In this document: piece by piece, positions 14,761-26,543 of the stretch | How the letters are laid out: each line of letters starts with the position of its first letter | Numbering within the stretch: the first letter of the stretch is position 1 | Origin: Eledone cirrhosa | Lineage: Eukaryota | Length of the DNA stretch: 64,000 nt | Direction: 5' to 3' | Assembly (NCBI GenBank): GCA_964016885.1 | Contig: OZ024742.1 | Span: 191,394,001 to 191,458,000, forward strand | The notes under the pieces: generated by a model | The model's database searches: none | Seen by the model: only the letters and a program-made list of their open reading frames with translations | What the model was told of the DNA's origin: nothing | Position numbers and translations under genes: made by a program

Positions 14761-16407
14761 GGTGTGTAGTATTTGCTTTGCTTGTTATTTGAGATTGTAA
14801 CCTAGAAAAGCATGTAACAGTCGGTGGCCACAAAAACGGCCTTGGCAAGATCACGCTGTAATGTCAAAAGAATGTGTAAATAAGATGTAGGGAAAAGTAG
14901 ATTAATTAGGTTAAAACTATGGAACATCGATAGCAAAGCGTAATAGCAACATATAAATGCGGAAAACGGAGACATTGAACATTATAACGTATAGCAAAAG
15001 CAACCTCAGAGGCGTATGTAGTATTGTCAAAAGGACAAAAATAGCACACGGCTACAGCAACTGTAAGCACTTATGCATAAAAAACAGCGATTACTTGTTG
15101 ACGGATGAGGTGCCTACAAAACGTCCTTATAGACTATATTTTGGGTTTTCTCGCGAGTTGCAAAAGCAAATAGGTTATGTCGGCTCCCCACGTGAGAGCA
15201 TCCAACATATAGTTCTTCTAAATTAAGCCCTACGAGCGTCAGTGTTTGACCCTGGCGAAACTGAACATGGCGAAACTAAACCGGAGAGGAAATTGCAACC
15301 TTCAGAATGTGAAAGGAATGTCTTTACCGGATGGAATGAGAGGTATCCTTGATATGAAGACAGTATCCCCCTTATCACATCCTGTAAGTATTATTGCCTC
15401 AATAACGAGGCATCACCTTTTGGACGACCAGCCACGTTACGTTGGAAAGCCTTCGGGGTTCCAAATTCCTGAGGAGCATGACAGGGGCACCTTTCTTAAG
15501 TCGCAGTAAGTGCGGTGGCAATCCGAGAGGGTCTAGGGAGTTAATCAATTCTGTGGGGTAATTAACAACTTTGTCCGGATCAGTCATAGAGTCAAGGGAC
15601 TTGTAGACATGCAGGTTTCTAGGCAAGCACAGCATGAGCTGTTCATTGATGTTTCCAGATATGTGGTTTTTCGAAGCCAATATTGCGCGTTCAGACAACC
15701 AATCTTGATTTGTGTAGTTCTCCTCAAGATTAGGACAAACAGACGTCCGTAACTCAGCAATTGACTTAACGCATCTGAAAATCCCTGTGAGGTCCGCTGC
15801 ACCGTCTCCGTCGAGTGGGACTTTGCCATCTCCCAACGACAAAATGGCAGCAGCAAAACCCACTGATGTCTCATCACCTTGCAGTTGTGCTCTCATGTTT
15901 GTTGTAAGCGTCAGCTTTCTTACATAACGCCACAGTGGAGAGGCCTTAAGGCATGCACCAACCTTATCAGCCAGCCCGCGTACCTTTTGGGATTACAGGC
16001 AGAGTCTGTCGGAAGTCCCCAGATAAGAGGAAAGTGACACCGCCCATTGGTTCTTGGCAGTCCCTGATGTCTCTGATGACCGGTCTAATGCCTCGAAAGC
16101 CGCCGTTTGGGCCATTGTTTATTCGTCCGAAACAATTAGTAGGCAGCGCTTTAACACCAGTGCTTTTCCGGAAGACTTGCTGATGTTGCATGTGGGTGTC
16201 TCATTGGGTTAATCTTTTTGTGATCATAGTGTTAATATAAAGCTATGATTTTCCTATGATTTTGAAAATAAATAAAAAAATAATTGGAAAGGTTTAGTAA
16301 TATCACTAACTTTCTCATTATTAAATTTGGTGTTTGGAACACAACTTAATATCGATTCTTACATAAACTCATGATGGAAGGTTTTTTGATAAACACAAAC
16401 ACTTTAA

Positions 16408-16605
16408 CCCTTTTGTTATCATAGTTTTATGAACACTGTCTGTGATTTTCAAATAATTTTGAAAATAATCAAGAATTACGATGGAATATTTTTAGATAAA
16501 TATATAAACATTTTAAAACAATCGGTCTTGTATTATATGAGAAGTGGCTTCCAGTGGTTTATCAGAAGTGTTTGGTGACCTCAGCCAGTTTGGTATCAAA
16601 AGAGG
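16408..16605. mobile_element. piggyBac-like MITE with TTAA target duplication, inside the Helitron helicase
   Basis: TTAA|CCCTTTTGTTATCA ... TGGTATCAAAAGAGG|TTAA; a second related left end at ~16209. Confidence 0.6.
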
Positions 16606-19600
16606 TTAAGCAATTTATCTTGATGTATAAATATTATTTTACCGTTATATAAAATTTGTTTAGCTTCCGTATGTTATTTCACATTCAGTGTGAAAGCAAA
16701 TGCCTGTATATTATCGATAGCTGTGAGAATATTGTTTAATAAATGTTGTTACTTATTGATTTATTGATCTGTCTTTTCTTTAAATATAAAATCATCTTCA
16801 CTTATAATTGTTGTGCCCATGCCTCCAAGTGCGTCCAGGAAGAATATACCCCTCCCCGATTACGGATGGAATCAACGACAATGTTGTAGGCTTGATTTTG
16901 ATCCATTGGAAGTTTTGGTTCATTTTCTTCAACATACCTTTTGAGTTCGTCGACATCAAATGACGTTTCACGTATAATGTCGTTGGAGATGTCAGATGGC
17001 GCATCTGGAAGTGTTTGCGGAAGCCCATATTTCTCCAAGTCATCCCCGCCCATTGAAGCCACTCTGTTTTCAATATCCATCAGAGCTCTGTTATACATAG
17101 CGTCTGAAAAGCCGACATCTAAGTTTGGAGATTTCATTGGAGCAAGACACCTATATTCGTCTGCGAAATCATCTTTAAACTTTTGCCATAAAGTAGAAGG
17201 ATCGCTCAATTCACAGACGTGCAAGAGGATAGCAACAAGTGCCTTTAGACTACGGGATGATTGTGAGATGGTAGCTTCCGTCAAGGTTGCATTCCATTGT
17301 TTGTCATCTTGTAAAGGTCCACGACTCAAGCAGGCTTCCCTGTAAGTTCCGCAGGCGTATCCGTCGACGGTTCTCAGATGAGTGAAGCTGGTCGGCCCTC
17401 TTACCTCATGTAGCAAAAGTCACAGGTAGACGCATTCGTGTTGGATAGAGTGGACCTTATAAACTCGTCCAAGGTAATTGTCGAATTTGATGCCTGGATG
17501 TCCAACCACCTCTTGCCATACCTTCCTTCGAGGCCATTTTGCCCGATCCCATGTATAGTAAGACGGTATTTCAGAATACAGCAGAGTTCGAGCATTAGTC
17601 GTCGTGCTGACAAAGTTTGGAAAACGCGGTGAGTGTAGTTTTCTTTGGTGAGATCGCTAACTGAGCAGCTGTCGTATCGTTGAAATACACCCGTTGACTG
17701 TTTTCAAGGTGAACGGCAAGTTGTTTAACGACGGGTTGTCGTTGGTGCAGTGGGAAGCCTAAATGCGCCAAAAGGCTTCATTGCTGCTAATGTGTCGGCC
17801 TGCTTGGTAGTCAGATACCTCGTCTCTACTGTTTTCATGACGAAGACCAAGACGGCAGCATCCGATCCCTTGTTTACGTACTTACAAACGTATTTAATTG
17901 ATTTTACTTAGTTTCAAAATTCGACGTTTATATGGGCGCTGAGCGCTTTCAAGAGGAGGGGGCAATATGGCACTATCCAGCTGTTGACAATTTCGCGTTC
18001 GCCAACCTTTGCTGTGAATCCACCATCTTCAGGTCTCCTGCGCCTATTCAACGGATATCCATCACCGCCAGTCTGTGTTTCCTGTAAACACGGCCTGGGA
18101 TATCGTTTTGTACATTTTCCGTCGTGTATCATGAGGACTTCATATTGAGTCCATGTTTGATGTGACTATAGAGAATAAGTCCTTGTCAATCGACGGATCA
18201 GGTAGTTTGGCAGAAATGAATTTGTCGATCTAGTTTGAACTGATTTTTGTAACCAACCATTTTTGCAGCCCTCGTTTCTGCCATTCAACCGTGTACATGT
18301 CGAATCTGACAGGCCCAAAAACCTGTCCTTTCTTTAATAAATCCAGTAATTTAGATAATTTCAGGCGAAAGACTCTTGCTATGAGATCATGCCTGTGTGT
18401 TGGCGCTTGACCGTGGAATAGTTCGTTTGTAATGTCCTTCCACTTGGGATTGCATGTAAACGTTATGAAAAGATCGGAGCGCCCATAATGCCGTACGTAA
18501 GTCATGGCGTCCTGAGTCATCTCGTGCATGTATCGGGGTCCCCCGGTGAACATTGAAGGCAAAATACATATTTACCCTAAATTGTCTGGGGATACGTCGT
18601 TGTTAATTCCATCGCGTAGATGAATGTAGCATTCAGATCGAAGTTTCTTTTTATTTAATTTAATGAACCATAATCTCTCGGACTCCGTTTTAACGGCCAT
18701 ATCAACAGCAAATTGTTGGAAAAAGTCCCGACAACGTTGTAGATGGTTGACTGAATTCTCCCTTACCATAAATCGGAAAGCGTAGAAATACATGCAGGTG
18801 ACATTTTTGTTAAGATGTGCCTCACCATTGCCTGCTGAATGTTGAGGAATACCGAAATGGTATCCGTCCTCGCCGTTGACAAATAGCAATGGATACTGGA
18901 GTGTATCGTAGGACCTGTGTGTCTCATTGATACGCTTAATGTCCTGTCTCGGTGCTGTTCACCACAAATAATCGCAGCAATCTCATTACATGTTGGTGCG
19001 TTGAACCGACCAGCGTGTTTCCAGATGGCCTTCGGTCAGCATATATGACCACACTAAAGTAGGGTCCATGGCTGCTTCCAAAGCGCACTTGAAACTGCGA
19101 GCATAGCTGTTTTTGTCATGAAGCATTTCTTGAAGTTTTATTATGGTTTCAATGTTAGTTTCGGACGAAATATAGCTTCGCATCTCTGCCTGCTCCTGAT
19201 AGTTTCCAACGAAGAATAACTGAAGAAATTGATGATCCTTTTCTGCCAGAGGCTGAATAGACCCAATCGAATGGTAGATCTGCCTCTGGACCTTGAAAGT
19301 TGGCATGAACCCACGTTCCGAGACAAGCTTTGCTGCGAAAGATGTCATCTGAAACACGGAATTGTAGCCACGGATATTACGCAGAAACTTCGATGATTCC
19401 TCCGTCGTGTCTGTCAAAAGGAGTTGCAATGTCTCTGGAGGGTCGTGAATAGGAGGTAGTCTAATTTTACCGTTTGAACAGCACATTCCATCTCTCTCCC
19501 CTAGCCACCTTTTGGTATGACAAAACTGGCAAGTAGAGGTCATTTCCCCAATTTGAATATCTGCACGCACGGCGGAGTCGGAGTGGCGGTCGTAGCTAAA

Positions 19601-19689
19601 GGCCTTCAACAACCATCGAGAATTGCAAGTCCTAGAAATGCCACGTAACTATGATCGCTGCTGTTTAATTTGCAGAAGTCAGCCACGTA

Positions 19690-19995
19690 GTTGCTCTATG
19701 GTTTCAGTATTTCGTGCAGCAGCAGTGGCAGCGGCGTCCCCGCTTCGTCGAACGGCGTGTCGTCCTTCATCCTTTCGAGCGCGAGCAGCGGATGTTGCAG
19801 CGGCGACCGTGCTTCGTCGAACAGCGCTTCGTCCTTCATCCTCTTGAGCGCGAGTAACGGCTGTTGCAACGGTGTCCCTGCTTCGTCGAACGGCACGTGA
19901 TTATTCATCCTCTCGAGCGCGAGCAGCGTATGTGGCAGCTGCGAGCCTGCTTCGTTGAACGGTACGTTGTCTTTCATCCTCTTGAGCGCGAGCTT
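19690..19995 (-). repeat. 60-bp tandem repeat (~5 units) encoding 20-aa charged repeats at the RepHel N-terminus
   Basis: Repeated cttcgtcgaac....ttcatcctcttgagcgcgagc at 60-bp spacing. Confidence 0.8.
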
Positions 19996-21880
19996 GGAGG
20001 GGGGGGGGGGCTTTGTTTTTAGAAGATTATCTAGGGAGAACGATAAATAGTGGACAAAAAACGTTTAAGTAAGCAAATCTAAACACGGATATAAATTGTG
20101 AAAAAATGTGATAAAATCTATGTCGTCTGCGAAAGTGGGTAAGTTTTGCAAGATTTTGTGTACCAATCAAATTTCAGGTTTTAAGTTAGCGGCAATGCAG
20201 TGTCCGGACTACCTGTGATAAAGGAAATTAAATAGTGTGGCTACAGTGGTAGGTAGTGTCAGTATGTTTGTTCAGTTCGAACATAGCAATAAGTGGGTAC
20301 TAACCATTGAAAGGATACAGGCAAAAATGGCCGTAAAATCACAGCATGATAAACTGGAACCTTATGACCATAAATACATTAACTAAACCTCTTTTAAGGT
20401 AACAAATGTTGAAGAAGCATGCAATTCAGAAACATGGGATAGCGTATGAGTGTACGCATGTGATAACGAATGTGTGGTGCTTTATCTTATGGCATGCAAT
20501 AACCATTTCGTTTAGTTTTTGTAAGAATCAAGTATAAACTCCCGAGGTTAAAGTGCTTTTTTATTGTGGCAGTTTGAACTTTTATATGTTAATGAATTGG
20601 ACTCATTGTCCTCGAGGGGGTCCTCTTGCTGAATTGAAATGAAAGTAAATGTGCCTCACTGTATCTTCATCTGTAGTACATGAATAACAACTAAGTCTAA
20701 ATTCATTTTAATGGACTACCAATTATTGAAGCTATGACGCTTTGTTGCATTACAATAGCCAACTTCAATAAATGACTCGCCGGTGCTTACTACCCCTGGG
20801 GGTCTCCTTGCTTGTTCCGGGTATAGACAGTGTCTTCAACATCATCTTTAGGCAATGGGTAACCAATACGTCTCGCTTCGTGTAAACCAAACACCAACTC
20901 AAGCAGTTGTGACGTTTTGTTGCATTGATGCTATCAACTTCAACATTCATCAAGTCGGTTTACTGCCCTCCAAGGGGTCCCCTACCTGAAATTCTGCGCA
21001 AGTGCATGCCTGCAAATTTATTTGTAGGCCATAGGCAAACAAAAGATTAATTCTGGTGAAGATGGGAGGCAAACTGCAGGAATTATGGGGCCATTATGCA
21101 GTAGTACTGCTGACTCCAAACGAGAGACTTAAGGGGGTTATCTGCCCCTTGGGGGCCCACAATCGATGTACTGAAAAATAAAATAGCCTACGACGCCTAG
21201 TCGGACTTCAGAAACCTATGTCTGAAATTTGGTGCCAATCGGTTGTAAAATATAGAAATGCATGCGGTTAAACAGACAGACAGACAGACATACATCTTCT
21301 GTTTTAGATATATAGATAACCAAATGGATCCCCTTTCATAATTTCTAACTATAATTTACACATATTCCTATTTATTATATTTTTTATTTATTTCAATCAA
21401 GATTTTAACTTTTAATTTCTAATTTTCAACCTTGTTACCAATTTTAATTTTTCATTGTGAAACCATATCTAGACCTTACAATTAAGTGTATATTCTCCTC
21501 GCGGGTGATGGTCAATTATACTGTCCAAGCATAATTTAGGGGTAGTATCGAAACCTATTGAAACTTATACTCTACCACTAACACTGAGTTTCGGTTGGCT
21601 GCCACTGGAAGAGCAGCTAGCAGTAAACTACAAATTAGATGATGGCACGAACTGTATGACCGTGTGACCTTACCGGCATGGATAGGGATGATTGATTGGT
21701 TGGGAGGGGGGTGCTTGCATAGGCTAGTTTAGTTGTGTTTTGGGGTAGCAGTTAGATGGACAACTTCCTTCACATTTGCTCTTGCAAGGGAACGGGTGAA
21801 GGTTTCAAGAACACTCTTTGTCCGTTCCCTTTTCGTTCCAATTTGGATTGATTTGGGAACGTAATCTTATTATGTAAGAA

Positions 21881-21955
21881 GCTGTCTGATGAGGTCATGG
21901 CACTGGGTACACGGAATCGTGTGGCCATTGTCGTCATTGAAATATGTATCAGAGC
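21881..21955 (+). ncRNA. Type I hammerhead ribozyme in right inverted arm (21855-22007)
   Basis: gctgt CTGATGA ggtcatggca..tacacg-gaat-cgtgtg..tgtcgtcatt GAAA tatgta TC agagc; AATAAA at 21962. Confidence 0.78.
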
Positions 21956-22082
21956 CTTATCAATAAAGGACTTTAATATCTGAAACCACTTCCCATTTTC
22001 TTATTCTACATATACTCCGTCATTCCTATGTGGAAAAAGTACGTTGAGTGCTTGAACTGAATTATATCAACGTTTACCGTAA

Positions 22083-22162
<80 letters not shown>

Positions 22163-22532
22163 AGTTATAAAGCTCATAAGACTAAATTGAATGAAGTACA
22201 CAATTCATATTAGATTGGACAAATTCACAACATTTTTTTTATTGAAGTATATGCCCTACATTTTAATTTCTTTGTTTCTGATCATATTCTAACAATGATT
22301 ACGAAAGATATTAAATTTCAGCCTTGTTATCCAGGCATTTATATACAATATTTAATTGACCAGAAGATAAAAAAGTATCAAATGTACTGCCATATAATTC
22401 TTATGTATGCAGACATATATAACTATAGGTAATAGGTTCATGTGAGAGTGTGTTGAATGCGTGTATGTATCGTGTGAATATATAACTTGTACGAGTCGTT
22501 ATGTATTGAATAATAATAATAATAATAATAAT

Positions 22533-22633
22533 TGTTTCTACTTTAGGCACAAGGCCAGCAAATACCCAGTACATTACTGGTACTTTATTTTATCGACCCC
22601 GTAAGGATGAAAAGCAAAGTTAACCTCGGCGGG
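22533..22633 (-). mobile_element. 5'-truncated SINE with (ATT)n tail
   Basis: Reverse complement of the 3' half of the SINE at 5169. Confidence 0.85.
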
Positions 22634-22660
<27 letters not shown>

Positions 22661-22664
<4 letters not shown>

Positions 22665-22796
22665 GTCTAAACACTAAAGATGCATGTGTGAGTATGTATG
22701 TTCTTTCTTGAACATGGCGGACCTTGTTGTCTCTTGAGGTCACTGGTTGTGACTTGGTGATAACTCGTATGAACATAAAGCAAGATAAATGCAGCT

Positions 22797-22797
<1 letters not shown>
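22661..22797 (+). mobile_element. Isolated 3' UTR of the Dong/R4 family seen at 56371-60260
   Basis: Reverse complement of 56371-56505; flanked by (TAA)n on both sides. Confidence 0.88.
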
Positions 22798-22844
<47 letters not shown>

Positions 22845-23086
22845 TTTTCTTTATTAACCACAAGGGTTCACATAAAGTAGACATTAAGGACAGTACAGGA
22901 CAATACAGGACGGTACAAATGGGCATTTCTGCGTGTAAAAAAACAGAGGTTGAAATAAAATAACAAAGAAAAATTCCCCAATAGGGGGGAGACTTCCAAG
23001 GGACATTTGTGGAGAAAGCCCATTAAAAGACCACAGTGGCCCTGACTACCAGGGCAAGTGCCCTCTCCCAGTTTTCCACCTTTAAT

Positions 23087-26000
23087 TTACAAACACATAC
23101 TCAGTGAGGGCCCATTCATTCGGGCCATACTTGCTTCTCTCACCCATCTTTCAACAAAATGCTGGGAAGAGAGCACTTCCCTCTCTACCCTGATTTTCCT
23201 TTTCAAATGAAATTTGAAAAAGTTAATCAGGGCATCACCGAAGAGGTAAGTGCTCGTCTTCAGCCCTTTCAAACGTGTCCACCATACTATCTCTTTCGCC
23301 ATGGCCACCAGACAGATAAAAACTGCCTGCCCTTCCAGGCTAAAGGAAGGGGGCGGGGCAATCCTCACGATGGACTCAGCTGATAGCTGGATCCGTCCTA
23401 CACGTGACAGCAGGTGTTCGACATAAACCCACAAGTCAGCAATGCTCGGACACTGGACGAGTGCGTGCAGGACGGTTTCGTCGCCCTGCGCGCATCTCGG
23501 ACATGCCCGGCTGACGGCACCTCCATGCCTGTAGAGTTTATCCGGAACTGGCAAAGCTCCTCGGTAGCACTGCCAGGCCAGGGATTTCTGGAAGTTGTCC
23601 ATAGGCCCCGGCCCGAAAGTCCTTCCGAAGAGATTGTCTAGTTGATTTTCGTCGACGCCTAGAGTTTCCCCAAGTACGTCGTCGCTCTTCCCCTCCACTA
23701 ATCCCCTATAGAACGACAAGGTGGAGTTTCCACCGATCACATTGCCCGATTGGTCGAGGGCTGTGAGCGCCTGAAGACATTCCAGTCTCCAAGCGCTCCC
23801 TCTCGGTCTTCGCTTGACCCAGGACTGCAGCTCCGTCAAGGAGACGAGCTGGGGAAAAACGTGTCTTGCAAACGGCGACCACACCTGATCACCGTCGAGG
23901 AAGAGGTGGAGATGTCGTAGCCTGAGCGCGTGTCTGCGCATCATCAGCCACGGCATGCCCAGCCCTCCACGTAGCGGGTGTTGACAGCAGATGGACCGCC
24001 TGACCATCGGAGCGCGTCCCTTCCACAAGAAGCGAAAGAGCAAACGCTCCAGCGCAGTCAGGCGGGGCTTAGGACAAGGTACGACGGTCAGGCGGTAGTA
24101 GATGACGGATGCGATGTACGCATTCGCCACCTCCGCTCGACCTTTCAGGGATAGCTTCCTCTCGGCCCATTTCTGGGTGAGAGAAGCCACCCTGCTCGTC
24201 ACCTCGTCCCAGTTTTTGTCCGTCTGGAGGTCTGGACCGAACCAGACCCCTAGCAATTTAACCGGTCCGTCCATCCAGCGCCCGACGACGCTGTTGGACG
24301 GCAGGGACCTGCCTCTCCAGGTGCCGAGCTGCAGGCCCACTGACTTTTCCTGGTTGATCATTGCTCCTGTCACCGCTTCGTATTCTCTTAGTGTAGTGCC
24401 GATCGCCTCGATGTGTTTGGCGTTCGACACCACTACGGTGACATCGTCGGCATATGCTGACACGGATCTTCCGCATCCTAGTTCGCGCGGGACCCCCCTC
24501 AACGTCTCCAGTTTGTGCAGTAATGGCTCGAGAGTCAATACGTACAATAGGGACGAGAGGGGACATCCTTGGCGGACCGAGCGCATGATGTTGAACGGTT
24601 CCGAAAGGTGACCGTTCACTCTCACTACAGAGCAGATGTCGCTGTGCATGGCAGCGATCCAGCCTCTGAAGACGGGCCCAAAGCCAGCCGCCCTCAGGAC
24701 TGCCGCTAGGTAACGATGGTCGACCCTATCGAAGGCTTTCGACTGATCTAAATTGATCAAAGACCCACCCGTGCCAGGTTCCCTAGCTACCCTCTCTACG
24801 ATGTATCGCATGAGGTGGAGGTTGTCGTGGATGGATCTGTCGGGAATGGCGCATGTCTGTGCCTCTCCCACCAGACCACCAACGACAAGCGCCAACCTCT
24901 TTGCTAGCACCTTGGCCAAAATCTTGAACTCTGTTGTTTAGCAGAGTTATGGGCCTAAAATTATCTATGTTATCCCCCTTGTTCGGATCCTTTCTCAGCA
25001 GCGCCACCGCTCCTCGGCTCACAGAGCTGGGAATTCTCCCGTTCTGTTGCCAGTTGCAGTAGACGTCCGCCAAGAGGCCTCCGAACAAGTTTGGCATTTG
25101 TACGTAAAGTTCATAGGGCAGACCATCCAAACCAGGCGATTTGCCCCTTGTGCAACTAGTCATTGCATCCCGTACTTCAGCGGTTGTTATCGGCTTTTCG
25201 CAACACTCCGCCTCAGTGGCCGAAAGCCGCGGCAGTCCGTCGAGGTAGACACTAAAGTCCATCCCTCGATCCGGCCCGCCACTGCCCCCGAACAGTTGAG
25301 CGAAGTGTCGCTGAAAAGCTTCACACATTTGCCCGGGATCGAGTAGCATGCGCCCGTCGTGGTCCACCAAAGACCGGATCGTGGCTTTGTTGCCACGACG
25401 CGCCTCCGCCACTCGGGCCCATTGAACGGCTTTCGTCCCCTCGTGTCTGAGAGCACGCACCCTAGCTCTGACAACGCAGCCTTCGTGCTTTGCATTGAAG
25501 AATTGGTCAAGGGCCAATTTCGCCGCAAGTACGTCGGTCGCGATGCCTTTGCTAAGCGCCTCATCTAATTTTCTAACTAATTCTCCCTCTGCTCTATTTT
25601 TCTCTATTGCTAAAGTCTTACTAAACCTAATGGACTCTATTCTAATTGCTCTTTTCAGAGCAAACCACCACTTGTTGTTGACGATGGCCCCCGTCAACGC
25701 CCGCTTAACTAGTTCGCTAATCCGGTCTCTGTAGGCCTTGCGCGCTGGTAAGGACGCGTTTAGCTTCCAGTAGCCGGGTCCTCGTCTATGAAGCCTATCT
25801 AAGTCAAGCACACAGATCACGAATTTGTGGTCCGTGTAGCTGACTATCTTGAATTGTGGACAGCCTATGCTAGACCTATCTATTTCCCTACAAAATACTC
25901 TATCTAGATATGATCTGGATGACCCTATGCAATTTGTCCAAGTCCACATTGGTACATTCGGGAAATCCATTCGGTACCTGTCAGACAGTTCAAAACGTCT

Positions 26001-26509
26001 GAGCAGGTTGGTGAGACTCTTGCACCCTCCTTCCCTATCCACTAATCCCACACAATCCCAGCGTGCATCTAAGATCCCGTTCCAGTCGCCCACTAACACT
26101 AAAGAGCGGGACGTTCCAAGAAAGGTCTCCAGACGCCGGAAGAAAACAGGCCGCCCTGCTCCTGTCGGGGCATAGACGGCCACTAACCTGAAAGCTTGCC
26201 CGTCTCCGCTGGTCACGTCCAGCACCACCAACTTACCTTCTGGGTCCAGGAAGATGGCCCGTATGGCAAGATCCAAACCTCTCCGAAAAAGCACAGCAAC
26301 TCCTCCCCCCCCGATCGCGGACGGCTGGGAGATGCGTACACATCGTAGCCGCCGAAGATCGGTGCGAAAGCCTGTGCTTCGGAGATTCTGGTCTCGCTGA
26401 TGGCCACTACATCTATGTTTAGTGACCTGAGGTCGTTGAGCAGGTGGCCCTGCTTCCATGACGACCCCAAGCCACGCGCATTTATGCTGCCTATTCTGAG
26501 TGAGGTCAT
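23087..26509 (-). pseudogene. LINE ORF2 (AP endonuclease, reverse transcriptase, C-terminal CCHC) with 2 frameshifts
   Basis: MTSLRIGSINARGL, SET, GDWN, YLDRVF, TDH; KSPGLDG, FRPITLLN, DQSKAFDRV, RQGCPLS, YADD; CPRC..ETVLHALVQC; shifts at ~26305 (G run) and ~24935. Confidence 0.92.
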
Positions 26510-26543
26510 GTTGAAAAGGAGTGGAAAAGATGGGAAAGACCAC

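Larger units (their letters stand above)
15180..19995 (-). pseudogene. Helitron RepHel pseudogene
   Basis: CQFC..CCSNGK zinc region; FITFTCNPKW (Rep motif 1); VEWQKRGL with the HUH histidines missing; YVCKYVNKG (motif 3); FFLDALGG (decayed Walker A); [10 protein letters not shown]; LRLKKGAPVMLLRNL; many frameshifts. Confidence 0.9.
14346..21316 (-). mobile_element. Full-length decayed Helitron (Rep/Pif1 helicase)
   Basis: 5' TCTATATA..(TGTC)n end at 21316; 3' CTAG at 14346-14349 preceded by hairpin ccgggtaacgccgg; inserted between A and T; fragmented RepHel ORFs inside. Confidence 0.92.
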
